A stretch of DNA of 64,000 bases from Stomatohabitans albus (lineage in GTDB: Bacteria > Actinomycetota > Nitriliruptoria > Euzebyales > Euzebyaceae): assembly GCF_036336025.1 (NCBI RefSeq), contig NZ_JAYKKE010000002.1:239364-303363 (forward strand), read 5' to 3'. Within the stretch, counting starts at the first letter, position 1, and each line of letters opens with the position of its first letter. Below, piece after piece: positions 10,766 through 19,345 of the stretch. The notes below the pieces were generated by a model, which saw only the letters and a list, made by a program, of their open reading frames with translations, ran no database searches and had not been told where the DNA came from. The position numbers and the translations under genes were made by a program.

Positions 10766-11545
10766 ATGGGTGTACCAGCACGTCCCCATGTGCTCATTTT
10801 GGGTGGTAGCACCCAGGCTCGTCACCTTACTGAAGCCTTGGCTGACCAGGTGGCAATAACCCTCAGTTTGGCCGGCACAACGCTGCATAGCCAGACCGAA
10901 CTTGCGCCGAGTGTAACGGTTCGACGGGGTGGATTTGGTGGTGTACACGGACTCATCAGCTTCCTTCGTACCTATCAGGTTCGGGCTGTGATTGATGCGA
11001 CCCATCCCTATGCGGCCACCATGCATGCGAATGTAGCTGCAGCCAGCCAGGATGCGCAGATTCCCCATCTTCGTCTCGATCGTCCGGCATGGACGCCACC
11101 ACCTGATGCGACTTGGATAGAGGTGGATGGGGGAGAAGAAGCCGTGGCCCATGTACGCGCCCACCATTGGCAACGTGTCTTTGTGACGACCGGACGGACA
11201 TATCTGGAACCGTGGATGGGCCTTGGTCAAGCTATCACGGTGGTCCTTCGCTCTATTGACCCCGCTGATACAACAGGAATTGATCGTGTTGAGACAATTA
11301 CTCAACGTGGTCCATTCAAGTATGAAGATGAGCTTGCCATTTTGGAACGCTGTGATGCGCTCGTCACCAGGAATGCCGGTGGGGATGATGCAAAGATTCG
11401 AGCCGCAGTGGCGACTCAAACTCCGATCTTGGTTTGGCGCCGACCACCACCGCCACCGGGGCCACTCGTAATGAGTGTCCACGCTGCGGTCACGTGGTTA
11501 CACAACGTCTTAGGGCAAGAAGAGTTATTGAAGGGCACTCGTTAA
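10766..11545 (+). CDS. cobK: precorrin-6A / cobalt-precorrin-6A reductase
   Basis: N-terminal VLILGGSTQAR, then GGFGG and DATHPYAA motifs characteristic of CobK/CbiJ. Confidence 0.7.
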   Translation: MGVPARPHVLILGGSTQARHLTEALADQVAITLSLAGTTLHSQTELAPSVTVRRGGFGGVHGLISFLRTYQVRAVIDATHPYAATMHANVAAASQDAQIPHLRLDRPAWTPPPDATWIEVDGGEEAVAHVRAHHWQRVFVTTGRTYLEPWMGLGQAITVVLRSIDPADTTGIDRVETITQRGPFKYEDELAILERCDALVTRNAGGDDAKIRAAVATQTPILVWRRPPPPPGPLVMSVHAAVTWLHNVLGQEELLKGTR

Positions 11546-13021
11546 GCGCATCAAGCTCTCAAGGTATCGCGTGACCCATGACCGCCGTCCCCATCGGTCT
11601 CTATCTAACACAGTGCATTTCGTTCGATAGGTACGAAGCACTTTATGCAGGTCGCGGTTGACATTGCCATTACTTGCCAGGAGGGAAATCTCATGGTTCA
11701 ACCCGAATGAACGCATATCCATATTTGATGAACCGAGCACCGATACCTGCCGGTCAATCGTGACAAACTTCGCGTGCAAGATCTCCGGTTGTGGCCATAG
11801 CCAGATCGTTACCCCAGCGTCAAGCAAGGGTTCGTAGTAAGAACGTTGGGCAAGGTCCACCATCATCTGATCACCACGTTCATTGACAAATAACTCCACT
11901 TCGACACCCCGATAAGCCGCACTCGTAATGGCCTGCATCAGTGGAGTATCAGGAATGAAGTAGGGACTTACAATCGCAACGTGTTCTTGGGCTTGTTCAA
12001 TCAGGGTTGTAAATAGCCGCAGGTTTGGTTCTTCGGCATATCCTGGGCCACTCGGGATGAGCTGAAACACATTCATCTCATCATCGGTGTGACGAGAAAC
12101 ATACGAAATATGTTGGCGTTGGGCAGCATCAGGAATGGATACGGGCAGGGTTTCATTTGTTTCACTTGCCCAATCAAGTGCAAAAATATTGTCTAATTGG
12201 GAGACAATTTGTCCATTCAGCAGGATTGTTACTTCATTCCAATGGCGTCCCAAGGCAACGTTTTGTTCATCTAGGTAGGTTGAATCGATCATGTTAAATG
12301 AGCCGGTGAAACCAACATTCCCATCAACAACCATGAGCTTGCGGTGGTTTCGCAGGTCCGGTCGATTGAACTCACCGTCGAAGGGCAGAACGGGTGCCGT
12401 CATATGGTGGTCGATGCCGTTATTGGTCATAAACTCACGCATCTCGGCAAAGCCGGGATATTTACGGCTTCCAATATGGTCATAGAGCACGCGTACCCTA
12501 ACCCCACGGTCAACAGCACGTTTCATGGCATCGAAAATAGGGGTTGTACGTTCATCCTTTGCCATGATGTAAAAGAGCATGTGCACGTAATAGCGTGACT
12601 CATCAATGGCATGAATAATCTGATCGATACTTGTCTGATAGTCAGACGAAATAGCACGGTTGATACCAAACAAACTTGGTAATTCAGTCATCTTGCGGTT
12701 CATTGCGATCACCCGTTCAAGCCCTTCGGGTAACAACTCATTGGGGGGTGTATCAGGTGTGTCCAACCACATCGCCTTCAACCCCCTATTGACCGCTCGT
12801 TGGATACGCTGGCGACGGGCATTTAACTTGTTGCTACCCAGGATGGAAAACACAAGAGTTCCGATGATGGGCTCAAGCATGATGAGCATCAGCCAAGCTG
12901 TAGCTGCACTTGGACGCCGGTTGTAGGGGACGACCCCAATCGCGATGACTCGGATGATATTGGCGACGATTGAATACAACACCGTCGCAGTAGGCAAGCT
13001 ATCGAAAAAAATGTCCAACAT
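11525..13021 (-). CDS. cls: cardiolipin synthase (PLD superfamily)
   Basis: Two HKD motifs, including LHAKFVTID. N-terminal TM segments. About 498 aa. Confidence 0.8.
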   Translation of the reverse strand: MLDIFFDSLPTATVLYSIVANIIRVIAIGVVPYNRRPSAATAWLMLIMLEPIIGTLVFSILGSNKLNARRQRIQRAVNRGLKAMWLDTPDTPPNELLPEGLERVIAMNRKMTELPSLFGINRAISSDYQTSIDQIIHAIDESRYYVHMLFYIMAKDERTTPIFDAMKRAVDRGVRVRVLYDHIGSRKYPGFAEMREFMTNNGIDHHMTAPVLPFDGEFNRPDLRNHRKLMVVDGNVGFTGSFNMIDSTYLDEQNVALGRHWNEVTILLNGQIVSQLDNIFALDWASETNETLPVSIPDAAQRQHISYVSRHTDDEMNVFQLIPSGPGYAEEPNLRLFTTLIEQAQEHVAIVSPYFIPDTPLMQAITSAAYRGVEVELFVNERGDQMMVDLAQRSYYEPLLDAGVTIWLWPQPEILHAKFVTIDRQVSVLGSSNMDMRSFGLNHEISLLASNGNVNRDLHKVLRTYRTKCTVLDRDRWGRRSWVTRYLESLMRLTSALQ

Positions 13022-13073
13022 GGTGCTTTTATTGTTCGGCGTTGGTTACTAAGCACCACATAAGGTAGTTGAG

Positions 13074-13820
13074 ATGGTTGATCAAATCCTGTACGCCATG
13101 TTCCCTACGGTGGTATCACTTATCGGGGTGGGGGCACTCACCACCGGACTTGCGTGGTGGCTTGGCCTTGAACAACCGTGGATCCAACCATGGGCAATTC
13201 TTCGAGCAACAGTTCAATTAGCGCTTTTAAGCGTGGTTCTTTCAGGTGTGCTTACCCATGTCCCGCTAACCCTGGCCTTCTTAGGTGTGATGGTTGGGGT
13301 TGCATCATTGACCATCCGGCAACGGCTACAACTATCGTTTCAAAGCCTTCCCGTCATTGCCGGAGTGGTTATCATCGCAGTTGCTGTCCCAATGCTGCTC
13401 GTATTCGGAACCCATGCCCTGCCACTCGAAGGACGATACCTGTTGAGTATCGGCGGTATTTTGATTGGCCATTCGATGATTGCAAGCACATTGATGGGTA
13501 GGGAAGTTAGTCAAGCACTTACCCAGCACGTTCAGGACGTGGAGGGATGGCTGGCCCTTGGTGCCCCGATGCGTCTGGCCACCCGATCAGTAATGCGTCG
13601 AGCAGGATCTACCGCGGTGATTGCAGGCACTGATCAAACTCGCAATATCGGGGTAGTAACGCTGCCAGGGGCATTTGTGGGAGCAGTATTTGGAGGGGCA
13701 AGTGTGCTTGAAGCTGGACGGTTTCAATTACTGGTCAGTTCGTCAATTTTGCTTGTGGGAGTTCTTGTTGTGGCAATGTGGACGTACATTCTTGGCAATC
13801 CTAAGACGATCCATCGCTAG
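13074..13820 (+). CDS. UPF0014/FetB(YbbM)-family ABC-type permease
   Basis: Matches YbbM-like segments: VTLPGAFVGAVFGG, WLALGAPMRLA, LSIGGILIGHSMIA. No partner ATPase is adjacent. Confidence 0.5.
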   Translation: MVDQILYAMFPTVVSLIGVGALTTGLAWWLGLEQPWIQPWAILRATVQLALLSVVLSGVLTHVPLTLAFLGVMVGVASLTIRQRLQLSFQSLPVIAGVVIIAVAVPMLLVFGTHALPLEGRYLLSIGGILIGHSMIASTLMGREVSQALTQHVQDVEGWLALGAPMRLATRSVMRRAGSTAVIAGTDQTRNIGVVTLPGAFVGAVFGGASVLEAGRFQLLVSSSILLVGVLVVAMWTYILGNPKTIHR

Positions 13821-13835
13821 GACAGGTATACCGGT

Positions 13836-14399
13836 GTGATGAGCGACACGATTCATCCGGTTTTACACACGGACTACACCGCACCCACCCCCGAGGGCTA
13901 TGACACCATTGGTCTAGCTGCAGGCTGTTTCTGGGGGGCTGAACGCTTGTTCTGGCAGCTTGATGGCGTCCACACCACCAGTGTGGGTTACCAGGGCGGA
14001 CAAACAACAAGTCCGACCTATCGGGAGGTCTGCACTGGGCAGACTGGGCATGCTGAAACCGTGCAGGTCACCTATGAACCAGAGCAACTAGAAACCCTCT
14101 TAGCCACATTTTTTGAAATCCACGATCCCACGACACTGAATCGTCAGGGTAACGATGTTGGCACTCAGTATCGCAGCGCAATATTCACCCACACACCCGA
14201 ACAATATGACGCGGCTGTTAAGGCAAAAGCTCACTATGATGAACGTCTTGTTGCAGCTGGTTATAGCCCCTCAGTAACAGAAATACACAAGGACTTTCAC
14301 CCATACTGGTTGGCTGAACCAGATCACCAGCAATATTTGCACTACCGTCCCAATGGGTATTGCATGCATGGGCTTTGTCAGGTCACCTACAACGACTAA
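13836..14399 (+). CDS. msrA: peptide methionine sulfoxide reductase MsrA
   Basis: GCFWGAE active-site motif, and ...IHDPTT... Confidence 0.9.
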   Translation: MMSDTIHPVLHTDYTAPTPEGYDTIGLAAGCFWGAERLFWQLDGVHTTSVGYQGGQTTSPTYREVCTGQTGHAETVQVTYEPEQLETLLATFFEIHDPTTLNRQGNDVGTQYRSAIFTHTPEQYDAAVKAKAHYDERLVAAGYSPSVTEIHKDFHPYWLAEPDHQQYLHYRPNGYCMHGLCQVTYND

Positions 14400-14529
14400 T
14401 GCCCATGATCAACCGTTTTAATAGTGGATAAGGAATAACGGATAAGGAAGAGTGCCGGTCGTAAACCGTGTTGTTAACGGCCGTGCACACTGGCTCGTGC
14501 ACTATTTTTAGACAGGGTTAGGAGCACGC

Positions 14530-14556
14530 AAAAAACGGGGCGAAATGCCCCGTTTC
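14530..14556. terminator. rho-independent terminator (strong on minus strand for rpsN, weak for msrA)
   Basis: Hairpin ACGGGGC-GAAAT-GCCCCGT with AAAAA upstream; this gives TTTTTT downstream on the minus strand. Confidence 0.6.
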
Positions 14557-14571
14557 AACCTTTAAATTGGA

Positions 14572-14877
14572 TTACCAAGAAGACTTGGTGATCCCAGGAA
14601 GCTCACCTTTGTGCGCCAGTTTACGGAAGGTAACACGGCTCAACCCAGCCAACCCAACGTAGCCGCGAGGACGGCCATTTAATGAGTCACGGTTGCGTAG
14701 ACGTACACGGCTGGAGTCCTTTGGGAGCTTGTTCAACGCATCACGAGCCGCAATTTTCTCATCAAAGCTCGTGTTGAGGTCCTTGATGATGGCCTTCAAC
14801 TCAGCGCGGCGTTCGGCGTACTTTTCAACCAGTACGGCGCGTTGCTGGTTGCGGGCGATCTTGGACTTCTTAGCCAT
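14572..14877 (-). CDS. rpsN: 30S ribosomal protein S14, long (about 101 aa, zinc-independent type) form
   Basis: [14 protein letters not shown]...RLRNRD...GRPRGY...[11 protein letters not shown]. No CxxC motifs. AGGAGA lies 8 nt upstream of the ATG. Stands alone, outside the spc ribosomal cluster. Confidence 0.85.
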   Translation of the reverse strand: MAKKSKIARNQQRAVLVEKYAERRAELKAIIKDLNTSFDEKIAARDALNKLPKDSSRVRLRNRDSLNGRPRGYVGLAGLSRVTFRKLAHKGELPGITKSSW

Positions 14878-15019
14878 TGGGTGTCTCCTGGACAAAAACA
14901 GACAAATAGAGGCGCGCACGAGCACGCAAGGTCAGCTAATTTAGCACAGTTTGAAATGCCATGCAGCAGGCACAACAAAAAGGCTTCGCCTTTAGTTTAG
15001 CGGACTTCATGCAACGTGT

Positions 15020-16162
15020 TTGGGTGCGCCTATGGTATGGCCTATGAGTGCGCATAACCCAGAAGAACAGCATGTAACTCCTGTCCAAAAAGCCGCGGCT
15101 GCCTTGAATGCGAATAACATTGATGCGTTATTGGTTGGCCCTGGCCCAGACCTTTCCGCTTTGAGTGGGTGGCACACGCACCCGATGGAGCGGCTCACCG
15201 GGTTGCTGGTCACCAAATCTGGTGACGCTTCCATTATTTTGCCGCGCATGGAGTACCCAGGATTTCAGTCCAATACCTTTGACCCGTCTATCACCCCATT
15301 GATCTGGGATGAACAACATGGGCCGTGGGACAAGGTAGCTGAAGCACTTGGCTCCATCGGTGCTGAAACGACGATTGCAATTGGCCAACACCTTTGGGGT
15401 CAATATGTTGTAGATCTTGTTCATCGCTTCCCTGGGGTGCACCTGGCGCATGGTGGGCCGATTATGCAGCCGGTTCGCCAGGTGAAAACCGACGATGAAA
15501 TTGCCAAGTTACGGGCTGCGGGTGCAGCAATTGATCGTGTGCATCAACGTATGGGTGAAGTGTTGAAGGTTGGCCGGACTGAGAAAGAAGTGGCCAAAGA
15601 GATTGACCGCATGATGCGAGAAGAGGGTCATAGTGTGGCCGAGTTCATCATTGTTGGAGCTGGCGAAAACGGAGCAAGTCCACATCACAGTCCAACTGAT
15701 CGAGTCATCAATGAAGGAGAAGCCGTTGTGGTAGACATAGGCGGCCCGGTAGATCACTATTTCAGTGACTGCACGCGCAACTATGTGATGGGTCACGCCC
15801 CAGAAGGGTACGACGAGGCCTATCGCGTGCTTCAAGCCAGCCAGGCAGCTGGATGTGCCGCTGTTCGTCCAGGTATTCGTGCTGGTGAAATAGATCGAAT
15901 CTGCCGATCAATAATTATTGATGGTGGGTACGGTGAATATCTCTTACACCGGACCGGGCACGGTATTGGCCTTGAAGTACACGAAGACCCATACATTTTT
16001 GAGTCAAATGACACGCTATTAGAACCAGGGATGGCGTTCAGCGTAGAACCAGGCATCTATAAGCCGGGGGAGTGGGGTATGCGTATTGAGGACATTGTGG
16101 CATGCACTAAAGAAGGTGGGGAACGCCTGAATACAACCAGTACGGATTATGTTGTGCTGTAA
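15020..16162 (+). CDS. M24-family Xaa-Pro aminopeptidase/dipeptidase
   Basis: HRTGHGIGLEVHE metal-ligand motif and a pita-bread C-domain. Confidence 0.8.
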   Translation: MGAPMVWPMSAHNPEEQHVTPVQKAAAALNANNIDALLVGPGPDLSALSGWHTHPMERLTGLLVTKSGDASIILPRMEYPGFQSNTFDPSITPLIWDEQHGPWDKVAEALGSIGAETTIAIGQHLWGQYVVDLVHRFPGVHLAHGGPIMQPVRQVKTDDEIAKLRAAGAAIDRVHQRMGEVLKVGRTEKEVAKEIDRMMREEGHSVAEFIIVGAGENGASPHHSPTDRVINEGEAVVVDIGGPVDHYFSDCTRNYVMGHAPEGYDEAYRVLQASQAAGCAAVRPGIRAGEIDRICRSIIIDGGYGEYLLHRTGHGIGLEVHEDPYIFESNDTLLEPGMAFSVEPGIYKPGEWGMRIEDIVACTKEGGERLNTTSTDYVVL

Positions 16163-16644
16163 TGGCTGGGAACACAACTGAGCAGGTTCTCGCGCGTTAC
16201 AGCGCTGGACCAACAAGTGGTGTATTCACGGATGGAGCCTGTATCCCCAACCCCGGTCCTGGGGGTTGGGGCGCCGTGTATGTCGTGGATAACGAACTGA
16301 TTGACCGTCGCTTTGGGCATGACCCTGATACAACCAATAACCGGATGGAATATACGGCGATTTTGCAAGGAATCGCACTTGTTCCCGATCAAACGCCAAC
16401 GATTGTGTGGACAGATTCCAATTTGGCGGTGCGGAGCCTGACAGAATGGGCACCTGGATGGGCAAAACGAGGCTGGAAACGTAAAACCGGCCCCGTCGAA
16501 AACCTTGATTTGGTGCAACCAGCCTTCGAGCTGCTACAGGCCAAACCCTGGATTGAACTCCGTTGGGTGAAAGCACATGCGGGCAACCGTTGGAATGAAT
16601 ATGCCGATGCACTGGCCAGTGCTTGGACCCGCAATGTGGTATGA
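16162..16644 (+). CDS. rnhA: ribonuclease HI
   Basis: VFTDGACIPNPGPGGWG...TNNRMEY...TDS...AHAGNRWNEYAD. Confidence 0.85.
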   Translation: MAGNTTEQVLARYSAGPTSGVFTDGACIPNPGPGGWGAVYVVDNELIDRRFGHDPDTTNNRMEYTAILQGIALVPDQTPTIVWTDSNLAVRSLTEWAPGWAKRGWKRKTGPVENLDLVQPAFELLQAKPWIELRWVKAHAGNRWNEYADALASAWTRNVV

Positions 16645-16750
16645 CTTTATGTAATAGTTCATCAAAATTATAAGTTTTTCGGCCCTAACAGTTGCTTTTT
16701 TGCGGATGGACCTATAAACAGTTCCCGCAATACAAATTGGAGGGCGAGAG

Positions 16751-17194
16751 ATGAGTGACTTGGATTTACACGACGATCCAATTGATGATGACGACGAAAA
16801 CCTTGAAGTCAGTCTTGACGAAGAAGCTGACTTTGATGGCGATGACGACGATACAGACGACACCTACGAAGACTTCTACGGTGATGACGACGAGTATGAT
16901 GCGTCAACCACGGATGACCTCGATGACGACGATGACCTTGACGATGATTTCGATGAGGACGACGATGAGGACGAGGATGAGGATGACGACGATGACCTCG
17001 ATGACGAAGACATTGATGTTGAAAGTGAAGTTGCACCGCTAGATGCTGATGAACTCCCAACACGTGGACGTCGTGAACCTCAGGCGGTCGAACTGATCGG
17101 TGAAGATGAGTTCACCTGTACTGAGTGTTTCTTAGTGAAGAAACCGAGCCAACTTGCCGATCCAGAACACAACATTTGCGCAGACTGTATCTAA
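16751..17194 (+). CDS. DUF4193-like highly acidic protein with C-terminal CxxC...CxxC zinc ribbon
   Basis: About 90 residues are almost purely Asp/Glu, encoded by GAT/GAC/GAG repeats. The protein ends with FTCTECFLVKKPSQLADPEHNICADCI. A GGAGG RBS precedes it. Confidence 0.6.
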   Translation: MSDLDLHDDPIDDDDENLEVSLDEEADFDGDDDDTDDTYEDFYGDDDEYDASTTDDLDDDDDLDDDFDEDDDEDEDEDDDDDLDDEDIDVESEVAPLDADELPTRGRREPQAVELIGEDEFTCTECFLVKKPSQLADPEHNICADCI

Positions 17195-18707
17195 TGCCAG
17201 GCTGTCTCTACTCAGATCCCCATATTTCTTTGGGGTTCTGGGTGGTTGTGTCACCGCATTAGCTTGGGATCCCTGGGGGGTTGGATCAGCAGCCGTCATT
17301 GGCATTGCCCTATGGTGGCATGGGTTGAGCCATACCAATTCATGGCGGCAGTCCGGTGGTGTATCGCTTCTATTCGGCCTGTGCTGGCTATCCCTTGCCT
17401 GCGCATGGATGCGGGTATTTGGACCAGTGCCGTATATCGCCCTCATCGCTATTGAGGGTGGGTTAATCGGTGCACTCGGTGCCTTGCTCTGGTTCGCGCG
17501 TAACGCACCGTGGCGATGGCTCCTTGTCCCTAGCGCTTGGGTAACCCTCGAAGCTACCCGTGCTGCCGTACCATTCGGTGGCTTTGCCTGGGCGCAGTTA
17601 CATCACAGTCAAGGGACGGGAAGTTGGTTACTGGCCTACGCACCGTGGCTTGGGAGCTGGGGCACCTCAATGGCCATTATGGTGCTGGGTATGGGATTAG
17701 CTGAATCAATCGTCAACCGGGCGTATTGGACCCGCTTGATCCTAGCTACGGTTGCTGTCATAGGTGTAGGTATTGGATTATCGCACGTTCCTGCACCATT
17801 GACGACAGCATCTGGTCCGCCCCTTACGGTCGGCATTACTCAATCTGGAGATGTACGCCATACGTTTGCAGCTGGGATAAGTGCGGTTGATCCCAAAAAC
17901 CAGCGGGTGATTGATATATTGGCGGCGCAATGGGAGAGGGCACCGTTACCACGAGTCGATCTCCTTGTCTGGCCTGAAAATAGTTTTGATAATGATCCTG
18001 ATGCACCCAATCAAGCTAGGCTCAAGCAGGACCGAGATACGCTGTTAGCCCGCATTGGAGCGTCCACCGTATTTGTTGGCCAAAATGGGCATACCGCAGA
18101 CGGTGAGTTGACCAATGTCATAGGGGTCTATCAGTCAGGTCAACTTGTGACATCTATTGCAAAGTACAAATTGGTGCCCTTTGGCGAGTTTTTCCCTTAC
18201 CCGAAACTACTGGGATGGGTACCAAGTGCACAACTCATCGGGCATATGGTGCCCGGGCACGGCCCTGATTCAGTTGCCGTTGCACAGACACGAGTAGGTG
18301 CGGTCATTTGCTATGAAAGTGCGTTTTCATCGATGATCAGTCAAGCTATGGCCAAGAATCCTGGTGTACTTGTGGTGAGCACAAATAACGCCAGTTTTGG
18401 ATCCACAGCAATGAAAGATCAGCACGTCGCTATTAGTCGATTTCGTGCGGTTGAGTATGGGCGACCAGTCGTGCATGCCTCACTCAGCGGACCAAGTGCA
18501 TTTATCACGCCAGATGGTCGGATTCACCAACGCACGCAGTACCTTGAAGGTGCTTCCCTCCAACAATCGTTTCAACCACGGACTGGATTCACCCCAGCTG
18601 CCTATCTGAATCCAGTACTGCCCTGGTTAGCGGGCGCCTTTTCCGTCTGTTTTCTCGGTCTCGGAGTGGCTCGCCGTCGACTAGGCCACCATCGACAGGC
18701 AATTTAA
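17154..18707 (+). CDS. lnt: apolipoprotein N-acyltransferase
   Basis: N-terminal polytopic membrane region followed by a CN-hydrolase domain (VDLLVWPENS..., ...ICYES...). The true start may be downstream of 17154, which would reduce the overlap with the DUF4193 gene. Confidence 0.8.
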   Translation: MPIQNTTFAQTVSNARLSLLRSPYFFGVLGGCVTALAWDPWGVGSAAVIGIALWWHGLSHTNSWRQSGGVSLLFGLCWLSLACAWMRVFGPVPYIALIAIEGGLIGALGALLWFARNAPWRWLLVPSAWVTLEATRAAVPFGGFAWAQLHHSQGTGSWLLAYAPWLGSWGTSMAIMVLGMGLAESIVNRAYWTRLILATVAVIGVGIGLSHVPAPLTTASGPPLTVGITQSGDVRHTFAAGISAVDPKNQRVIDILAAQWERAPLPRVDLLVWPENSFDNDPDAPNQARLKQDRDTLLARIGASTVFVGQNGHTADGELTNVIGVYQSGQLVTSIAKYKLVPFGEFFPYPKLLGWVPSAQLIGHMVPGHGPDSVAVAQTRVGAVICYESAFSSMISQAMAKNPGVLVVSTNNASFGSTAMKDQHVAISRFRAVEYGRPVVHASLSGPSAFITPDGRIHQRTQYLEGASLQQSFQPRTGFTPAAYLNPVLPWLAGAFSVCFLGLGVARRRLGHHRQAI

Positions 18708-19345
18708 CTATTCTCCGCATACGGGGTAAGGTCGGATATCACTTTGGCCTGGGTATGTACCCACAGCCACGAACGAATTCGTAAGTTGATCTGAATCGCT
18801 CCTGATGCCTTACGTTCGTCAGAACAGATGACTTCACCAGGACCAAGATGGGTGACCGCATCCTCCCAGGCATCTGGGAAGTGCAAACGCCAATTCCCCT
18901 CATTGGCAATGATGAGCTTGTCATATGCCACATGATCTCGGTCCAAAAATTGATGGACCCAATTCCGTGACCACACACTTTCGGAGATAATCCCGATATG
19001 AATACCTGCTGCATGTAGCTTCTGTAAAAGGGCGACCTTCTCTGGATCATGACGAATAGTTGGCGCCCATTCATCAAGGTCATGTGTCTGCGTAATTGCC
19101 ATGATTGTTGCAGCTACATCAACATCGTGGACTGCATCAACCTCACTCACGACATCAACAATGCGCAATGCTTGGTCGTGATGCGTTTCTTGAAAACCCT
19201 TAGCGGTACGTGACAGTGCTTGGGCATCAACTTGAAGTTGGTGCGCCGCAACCGTCCAAAGGTCGATCAAATCATCATCGAGAGATGCAATAAAGAGCTC
19301 TGACCATTCAATAAATACAGATGGCGTAACCATGCTTATCCTCAC
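18704..19345 (-). CDS. hypothetical protein (weak HAD-like features), probably co-transcribed with the upstream ThDP enzyme
   Basis: The start overlaps the upstream stop (ATGA). No convincing motifs. Confidence 0.35.
   Translation of the reverse strand: MRISMVTPSVFIEWSELFIASLDDDLIDLWTVAAHQLQVDAQALSRTAKGFQETHHDQALRIVDVVSEVDAVHDVDVAATIMAITQTHDLDEWAPTIRHDPEKVALLQKLHAAGIHIGIISESVWSRNWVHQFLDRDHVAYDKLIIANEGNWRLHFPDAWEDAVTHLGPGEVICSDERKASGAIQINLRIRSWLWVHTQAKVISDLTPYAENS

Noticed and set aside
10712-11482. 256-aa minus-strand ORF fully antisense to cobK, plus several other long antisense ORFs (for example 4015-4350, 6878-7291, 19463-20026, 28901-29227)
   Set aside because: Long open antisense frames are expected in GC-rich DNA. 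Each lies entirely inside a gene with strong family motifs on the other strand, and none has a convincing RBS or recognisable motifs.
14880-15019. GCTAA-A-TTAGC inverted repeat and AAAGGC-TTC-GCCTTT hairpin between rpsN and the peptidase gene
   Set aside because: They are short and could be chance. There is no T-tract and no clear promoter context. They are mentioned only within the r-protein finding.
16755-17063. ORFs encoding poly-Thr/Met and poly-His/Arg proteins overlapping the DUF4193 gene
   Set aside because: These are alternative readings of the GAT/GAC repeat. Only the acidic frame ends in a plausible zinc ribbon and has an RBS.
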